A DNA stretch of 64,000 nucleotides, from contig OZ253665.1 in NCBI GenBank assembly GCA_965263295.1, positions 1,088,001 to 1,152,000 on the forward strand, in the 5' to 3' direction. The position numbers were made by a program, and so were the translations under genes. This document shows, in pieces, positions 58,345 to 64,000 of this stretch. The first letter of the stretch is position 1; each line of letters begins with the position of its first letter. Source of the stretch: Spirochaetia bacterium. GTDB lineage: Bacteria > Spirochaetota > Spirochaetia > SP-2023. The notes below the pieces were generated by a model. It had not been told where the DNA came from. It ran no database searches and saw only the letters and a list, made by a program, of their open reading frames with translations.

Positions 58345-59148
58345 CTATGTTATGCCGCGCTGCTTGCGAATCTGTTCCCAGGCTGTCTGGATTTCATGAA
58401 AGCGCCTTTCGGCGCTGGCCTTCATCTCCGGCGGCAGGCCCTGCTGCACCAACTTATCGGGATGAGTTTCCTTGACCAGTCGGCGGTAGGCGCTGCGCAA
58501 ATCTTCGTCACTGGCTTGCGGCGAAAGCCCCAGCACCTCATATGCGGTATCAACTTGTACCACTTGGCCCCCCCGCATCTGGAATTGACTATAAGCTTGG
58601 CGAATGACCGTCTCGCCAAAACCAAAAGCGGCGGCGATTTCACGCAGCACCCGTTCCTCATCGCGGCTGATGTGGCCGTCCACGGCGGCCATACTAACTA
58701 GAGTATAGAAGAGCTGTTGTAAAATGACAGCACTGCTCTGCCCCTGCAGCATTGATGCTCGACTGGAAATTTCCTTGAGTTGGCGGGCAAAATCCTGGTG
58801 ACTGTACGAACTATTTTTAGCCTCATTAAAAGAATGAATGGCAAATTGTCGCAACTCGCCACGCAGCTGCATTTCGTCCAGTATCTTTAAGAAATGCTGG
58901 CCTTCTTCCTCGCTGATACGACCGTCGGCCTTGGCCACCTTGGACAACAGAGAAAATATAGCGGTAAAAAGAGCCATTTGCAAGGAGTCGGTGCTATAGC
59001 CGCCCTGCCCCATCAGACCGGGGGCCCCACTCTCATGGGCCTTGTCCAGCATGTGACCAATGGCCAGGCCAATCATGGAACCAATGGGCCCACCAATAAA
59101 AAAACCTAGCCCCCCACCCAAAATGCGATTAAACCAGCTCATGTCCAT
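58345..59148 (-). CDS. djlA: Co-chaperone DjlA (TerB-like plus J-domain)
   Basis: N-terminal glycine-zipper TM, VAKADGRIS, MAAVDG and J-domain AYEVLGL...THPDK. Confidence 0.9.
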   Translation of the reverse strand: MDMSWFNRILGGGLGFFIGGPIGSMIGLAIGHMLDKAHESGAPGLMGQGGYSTDSLQMALFTAIFSLLSKVAKADGRISEEEGQHFLKILDEMQLRGELRQFAIHSFNEAKNSSYSHQDFARQLKEISSRASMLQGQSSAVILQQLFYTLVSMAAVDGHISRDEERVLREIAAAFGFGETVIRQAYSQFQMRGGQVVQVDTAYEVLGLSPQASDEDLRSAYRRLVKETHPDKLVQQGLPPEMKASAERRFHEIQTAWEQIRKQRGIT

Positions 59149-59158
59149 TTCCTCAAGA

Positions 59159-60586
59159 TTATGATTTCACCTGCTCTGCCAATTCAGCATATGCCAGGTG
59201 CAAAGTTTCCACAACGTGCGGGATATCTTTTTCCGCCACAGCGGAAAATGCAAAGCGCAAATACTTGTCTTGTAAAGCAATCAGCCCAATATCGTAACGC
59301 TGTAGTAAATATTTGCGAAGTTGGTCGGCGCCAAACGGCGCGGAAGGCATCTCAAACGTCATAAAGTAACCAGAATTAAACGGCAGGGGCTTCAGGATAC
59401 GGCACCATTCATTTTTAGCTCGTTCAGAAGCCAGGCACTGGCGCAACGCGCGATAGCGAGCCTGCAAGACAGCTTGCAGCTGTGTGCGCTCGCGATTTGT
59501 CACCGGATCCCGATAAGTTTCCAGCAGCAATTCTTGACTCAAGCGACTGCTGTTCGACGTACTCAGCCGCACGGCGGCGCCGGCTTTTTCCTCCAAGACT
59601 TTGCCACCCGCTCTCGTCGTGTGGCCAAAAGTAATAAAACCGACCCGCAGACCCCAGGCAAAATCCTCTTTCGTTGCACCATCGAGCTTAACCGCCAAAA
59701 CATTGGGGTGCAGGCCGGCGACGAAGGCAAATAGCGACTGTCGCTCGGTCTCCGCTTCATAGCATAATCCCCAGTAGGCGTCGTCACAAATGACAACAAT
59801 ATGGCGACCGGCCTCGGCCGCCTTGCGCAAGAGCTCCCGCAAACGGCCCACTTCGACTTTGCGCGGGCTGTAACCGGTAGGATTATGGGGAAAATTAAAC
59901 AGCAAGACCTTCTTTTCCCCTGGAGCTTGTAGCTCGGCCCGGATAGCCTCAAGATCCAGGCCACCAGCGCAGAACGTATTGTAATGTTTGAGCCGCGCCC
60001 CGCAGTTGCCCTCTGCAATCAGGCGATAGTTCGGCCAGAAAAGTTTGGGCAGCAACAGCGCTTCACCACGCCCCAGAAACATCTGCAAGGCTATCCACAA
60101 GCCATGAGTTATACCGCCCGTCACGACCGGCAACGACAACTGAACGCCGGTTCCCTGAATATTCTTTGATTCAGCCGATTCACCGCGACACCCCAAGGCC
60201 CCCAAGGCCCCCAAGGCCGGATTTTTTTCGCAGAGCTGTTCTTGCCACAGCTGGCGCAATGGAGCCAAGCCGTAGCTGGAAGCATACGGCACACAACGAG
60301 ACGCCGCCAAGTTCAGCATCCTGGCCAGACCGCGATAGTGCATGGGTTTGCCATCGTCATCCAGGGCAATACCGACGGTAGCGTTATAACGACTTTGCGC
60401 TGCTTCTTCGGCCTGCAATAGCAGGCCCTGCTTGGGGTAATACAAACTTTTGCCACAGGGCGAAAGCATCGCAAACACAGCGGGAGCCTCGGCCATCAAT
60501 TTTTTGTTTAGGGCCTCAGCCTGTGGGTCGGCGGCGGGCAATGCCAGATTGGGCCGAGAATCAAGGGCAAAGTATTGTTCGGGCAT
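59159..60586 (-). CDS. Class I/II PLP aminotransferase (aspartate aminotransferase-like)
   Basis: YNATVGIA, NFPHNPTGY, CDDAY, KLDGATKEDFAWGLRVG and PFNSGYF; start set at ATG 60586. Confidence 0.88.
   Translation of the reverse strand: MPEQYFALDSRPNLALPAADPQAEALNKKLMAEAPAVFAMLSPCGKSLYYPKQGLLLQAEEAAQSRYNATVGIALDDDGKPMHYRGLARMLNLAASRCVPYASSYGLAPLRQLWQEQLCEKNPALGALGALGCRGESAESKNIQGTGVQLSLPVVTGGITHGLWIALQMFLGRGEALLLPKLFWPNYRLIAEGNCGARLKHYNTFCAGGLDLEAIRAELQAPGEKKVLLFNFPHNPTGYSPRKVEVGRLRELLRKAAEAGRHIVVICDDAYWGLCYEAETERQSLFAFVAGLHPNVLAVKLDGATKEDFAWGLRVGFITFGHTTRAGGKVLEEKAGAAVRLSTSNSSRLSQELLLETYRDPVTNRERTQLQAVLQARYRALRQCLASERAKNEWCRILKPLPFNSGYFMTFEMPSAPFGADQLRKYLLQRYDIGLIALQDKYLRFAFSAVAEKDIPHVVETLHLAYAELAEQVKS
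60191..60217. repeat. 9-bp x3 in-frame tandem repeat
   Basis: CCCCAAGGC three times; encodes ALGALGALG in the aminotransferase. Confidence 0.9.
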
Positions 60587-60802
60587 ATGTTTTTCCGTTC
60601 GGGCAAATCGTGCGGGCAAATCACGATTATAACGAACAGCCAGTGTTGCGAAAAGAAGCCCCAAATTTTGCGTCTCCCTGCATCTCTTCGCGCCTCCTCA
60701 AGGCTCCCGGCAAGAACGAGCCTGCCGGGCGCCGACAATTCCGCACTAATCGTAGTGAATGTAGTGAATTATTTAGCCAAAAGGATAAAACTTTAAAATA
60801 AA

Positions 60803-60830
60803 TTGATACTTCCCCATTTCTTCGTATCAT
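60803..60830 (+). promoter_or_regulatory. sigma70-type promoter directly upstream of the MATE ATG
   Basis: TTGATA-N16-TATCAT, 9 nt before the ATG. Confidence 0.5.
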
Positions 60831-60839
60831 TAACAAATT

Positions 60840-62249
60840 ATGAACAAACAACAATTGGAAATATTTGAAGAAGTCCCGATGGTGCGACTTGTCTTCATTA
60901 TGTCCGTCGCCATGATTCTCTCCTCCACGGCACAAAACATTTATAACATAGTCGACCGCATTTTCATTGCCCACTATGTTGACCCGACAGCCATTGCAGC
61001 AATTCATGTCGGATACCCTATCCTGCTCTCAATCATCGCTTTCGCCGCGCTATTTGCCATTGGCGGCTCTATTCTCTACTCTCAGGCTTTGGGTGCCAAG
61101 GATTTTCGCCGTGCCGAACTTGTAAAGTTTACTTGCCTAAGTAGCTCTTTGCTCGGCTCCCTTATTTTGATTCCTTTTATATTAGCCTTCTTGCGTGAAA
61201 TTTTGACTTTCTTGGGAGCCAACCCCAAAACTTTGCCCTATGCGATGAAATACTACCATATCTTTGTGCTTTTCATGCCTCTTGTCGTCAGCAACGCTGT
61301 ACTCGGACTTTATCTGCGCTCCGAAGGCAAGCCCAAGTTACCCACGATAGCGATCATTGCGGCCTCACTGGTCAATATTGCCCTGGACTGGCTGTTTATG
61401 GGCGCGTTCGGCTGGGGCGTCAGCGGCGCCGTTTGGGCAACCATCATCAGCCAGTTGGCGAGTCTCGGCATCTTGGGCTACTCGCAAATCACCAACTCCC
61501 CTATGCCCCTCAGGTTGCGCAAGTTTCTGAGGTTTGACCTGGAGACTTTGCGCAGCATTATGTCCAATGGTAGTGCCTATTTCCTGACTATGTTGGTGAC
61601 CGCAGCCACCGTCTTTGCTTTCAATTATTTTATCTACCTGTACCACCGCAAGCTTTCCGAGCTAGCCGGAATACAGGTCGATATGCACCTAATCACCAGT
61701 GACCTCGCCATAGCTTCAATGATTGCTACCATTAGAATTTTAATGCTGGAGCTAGCCTTGGCTTTTGCCAACGGTATACAACCGATTGTGTCCTATAATA
61801 TGGGAGCCAAAAGACCAGAACGCATCCGCCATGCCTACAAAATGGCCTTGCTCTATGCCTCTTTGTTCATCGTGCTGCCCTGGCTGCTGATTGAAATATT
61901 TCCCGCTGGCTTAATACAGCTTTTCAATCTAAACACCAATTTTTTTCAGGCCTCTACGGCCCTGCGCATAACTTTTGCCGTCATGCTGGGTAACGTATAT
62001 ACCCTGATATCGACTACCATGATCCAAGCTCTGGGCATGTATCGCCTGGCCCGCCTGATGGCCTTGTTTAGATTAATCCCAATTGCGCTGCCTTTCCCCC
62101 TGATTTACTACTTGATCTTGCCAAATTTCTGGTTGATCTATGCCATTCAGGATGGCTTGCTATTCGCACTCACTGGCGTCGCAATGCTCAGTGCCTACCG
62201 CCGCAAGCTGGCGATACTGACACGGGAAGCCCAAGAGGTTATCCCATGA
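60840..62249 (+). CDS. MATE-family efflux transporter (MepA-like)
   Basis: IYNIVDRIFI, LRSEGKP, NIALDWLF, GAVWATIISQ and QPIVSYNMGA; about 12 TMs. Confidence 0.92.
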   Translation: MNKQQLEIFEEVPMVRLVFIMSVAMILSSTAQNIYNIVDRIFIAHYVDPTAIAAIHVGYPILLSIIAFAALFAIGGSILYSQALGAKDFRRAELVKFTCLSSSLLGSLILIPFILAFLREILTFLGANPKTLPYAMKYYHIFVLFMPLVVSNAVLGLYLRSEGKPKLPTIAIIAASLVNIALDWLFMGAFGWGVSGAVWATIISQLASLGILGYSQITNSPMPLRLRKFLRFDLETLRSIMSNGSAYFLTMLVTAATVFAFNYFIYLYHRKLSELAGIQVDMHLITSDLAIASMIATIRILMLELALAFANGIQPIVSYNMGAKRPERIRHAYKMALLYASLFIVLPWLLIEIFPAGLIQLFNLNTNFFQASTALRITFAVMLGNVYTLISTTMIQALGMYRLARLMALFRLIPIALPFPLIYYLILPNFWLIYAIQDGLLFALTGVAMLSAYRRKLAILTREAQEVIP

Positions 62250-62409
62250 ATCATGGCAATAATACGGCCAAAATCTGGCAACAAATACTTGCCGTTTGGC
62301 ATTTTCTTGCGATAGAATATCTAAAGGTAGAAGTTTCCGCGACTCTGCAGGCTGCTCAATCCCTTTATTTGCGACTGCAGACCGCATTATTGTAGACAGG
62401 CGACAAAAC

Positions 62410-63651
62410 ATGGGCAGACAAAACTCTCAGTCACAGCATTCGTGGCAGAAATCTCACAAACTCGACAACGTGTGCTACGAAATCCGCGGCGAAAACATGC
62501 GTTTGGCCCAGCAGATGGCTGAAGAAGGTCAGCATATCTACCAGCTGAACACAGGCAATACATATCCTTTCGGTTTTAGCGCTCCCGAAGAAATTATTAA
62601 AGACGTGCTGCACAACACTCCTAAAGCCCAAGGCTACATTGCCTCAAAGGGCTTGTTCTCGGCGCGCAAAGCCATAATGCAAGAATGCCAGCTGATGGGG
62701 ATTCACGGCGTCGATACCGAGGATATTTACATGGGAAATGGCGTCTCCGAGCTGATCCACATGGCGTTGCAAGCCTTGTTGAACAACGGCGACGAAGTGC
62801 TGATCCCCTGTCCAGACTACCCCTTGTGGACGGCCTGCACAAGTCTCGCCGGCAGCGTCCCCCGTCACTATCGTTGCGAAGAGTCAAACCATTGGTGGCC
62901 CGACTTGGATGACATCCACAGAAACATCACAACGCGCACCAAAGCGCTGGTAATTATTAACCCCAATAACCCGACGGGGAGTGTATACCCCCGCGAATTA
63001 CTTGTGGCATTGCTCGACATTGCCCGCGAGCACAAACTCTTAGTCTTTGCCGACGAAATTTACCAGAAAATTACATTTGGCGATGCGCGAGCCCTTCCTC
63101 TCGCTTCGCTCTGCGACGACTTGTTCATCATCACATTTAACGGCCTTTCCAAGGCCTATCGTCTGCCCGGTTTCCGCGTTGGCTGGATGATCCTTAGCGG
63201 CCACGGCAAACGTTATGCCCGCGACTATATTGAGGGCCTGGATATTCTTTCGAGTATGCGTTTGTGTTCAAATGTACCCGCACAATATGCGGTGCAAACA
63301 GCCTTGGGCGGCCACCAGAGTATTCCCGACCTCCTGCTGCCCGAGTCGCGCTTGAATCAACAGCGGGAATATTGCCATCAGCGCATCCAGCAAATTCCGG
63401 GGCTGAGCTGTGTCAAGCCCAAGGGGGCCTTGTACTTCTTCCCAAAACTGGACGAGAATTTATATCCCATTGCCAACGACGAAACTTTTGCCTGCGACCT
63501 TCTGCGCGAGACGAAAGTCCTACTGGTCCAGGGCACGGGCTTCAACCTGCCCGACCAACAACATTTCCGCATCACCTTTCTGCCGCCAGTCTTTGACCTG
63601 GAAGTAATTTTTGACAACATTGCCGGCTTTCTGGCCGGCTACAACGCTTAA
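62410..63651 (+). CDS. alaA: Glutamate-pyruvate (alanine) aminotransferase
   Basis: KSHKLDNVCYEIRG, GNGVSELI, PDYPLWTA, INPNNPTG, ADEIY and NGLSKAYRLPGFRVGW; start set at ATG 62410. Confidence 0.92.
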   Translation: MGRQNSQSQHSWQKSHKLDNVCYEIRGENMRLAQQMAEEGQHIYQLNTGNTYPFGFSAPEEIIKDVLHNTPKAQGYIASKGLFSARKAIMQECQLMGIHGVDTEDIYMGNGVSELIHMALQALLNNGDEVLIPCPDYPLWTACTSLAGSVPRHYRCEESNHWWPDLDDIHRNITTRTKALVIINPNNPTGSVYPRELLVALLDIAREHKLLVFADEIYQKITFGDARALPLASLCDDLFIITFNGLSKAYRLPGFRVGWMILSGHGKRYARDYIEGLDILSSMRLCSNVPAQYAVQTALGGHQSIPDLLLPESRLNQQREYCHQRIQQIPGLSCVKPKGALYFFPKLDENLYPIANDETFACDLLRETKVLLVQGTGFNLPDQQHFRITFLPPVFDLEVIFDNIAGFLAGYNA

Positions 63652-63652
63652 A

Positions 63653-64000
63653 ATGCCGCGCGCTCCTTGGATACTGCACCCTGCCGAAGTGGCGGTATTG
63701 GATCGAAATGCCGTCGCCTTGGGACTCAGCATCAGTGAACTGATGCAGGCCGCGGCGGCAGCCCTGACTGCCACCGCGCAAAATATGCTCAATGCTTCTG
63801 TGCCATCAAAGATACATATTTGTCTGCTTTGCGGCCCGGGCAATAACGGCGGTGACGGCTATGCCGCAGCGCACTTGCTGGAACGACAAGGCTACAATAT
63901 AACGATCATCGCCACAGCAGCGCGACAACACAGCTCTGAGGCGCAAAATTATCGCGAGCTTTGCCGCCAGAGCGCCGCAATCAAAATACGGACGCAGCCC
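63653..64000 (+). CDS. nnrE: NAD(P)H-hydrate epimerase (YjeF_N), truncated by the window end; absent from the ORF track
   Basis: Hand translation MPRAPWILHPAEVAVLDRNAVALGLSISELMQAAA...LLCGPGNNGGDGYAAA; the ATG is 1 nt after the alaA stop. Confidence 0.88.
   Translation, partial: MPRAPWILHPAEVAVLDRNAVALGLSISELMQAAAAALTATAQNMLNASVPSKIHICLLCGPGNNGGDGYAAAHLLERQGYNITIIATAARQHSSEAQNYRELCRQSAAIKIRTQP

Noticed and set aside
60600..60628. CGGGCAAATC direct repeat with an overlapping AATCGTG/CACGATT inverted repeat upstream of the aminotransferase
   Set aside because: Present in the sequence, but short, and no function or second copy can be supported.
86..63843. The many 60-170-aa ORFs overlapping or antisense to long genes (e.g. 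4799-5311, 12270-12797, 57797-58231, 59563-60018)
   Set aside because: They are shadows of well-supported genes, with no motifs or independent translation signals.
1..64000. CRISPR array, cas genes, transposases, integrases, phage genes, rRNA
   Set aside because: No regularly spaced repeat-spacer pattern, and no ORF with the relevant motifs. Almost all sequence is accounted for by other genes.

Overview
A gene-dense, mostly housekeeping segment of a spirochaete (Spirochaetota) chromosome. The phylum call is inferred from the ~900-aa GreA, the hypothetical-fliA-fapA(DUF342) module, the DUF2259-like and SH3 envelope proteins, and the moxR-DUF58-batABCD operon. From left to right it contains: a GT4 glycosyltransferase; two CAT-anticodon tRNAs; an SH3 protein; a flavodiiron protein; an IspD-like cytidylyltransferase; trkAH; rpsP-khpA-rimM-trmD-rplS; a GNAT-fabD-ketosynthase-fabG-aroK cluster; a diguanylate cyclase; greA; a symporter; a degenerate HPt-type membrane sensor; aspS; hom; fliA-fapA; an SMP-30 protein; the MoxR/Bat operon; leuS; rseC-hydE; DUF2259; a NifU-domain protein; a stand-alone NqrF-like protein; a DHH phosphoesterase; a membrane-fused speE; secA; djlA; two aminotransferases; a MATE pump; and a truncated nnrE. 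I saw no CRISPR array, transposase, integrase or rRNA. The best leads are: (1) a ceramide-synthase-like GNAT linked to a PksF-like ketosynthase that keeps its catalytic Cys, suggesting an N-acyl lipid pathway; (2) unannotated nested-helix RNA candidates, especially between speE and secA; (3) a GC-skew reversal near 16.3 kb; (4) a sensor with a dead HPt; and (5) an orphan redox/hydrogenase-maturation cluster. All family calls come from motif recognition by eye; no searches were run.
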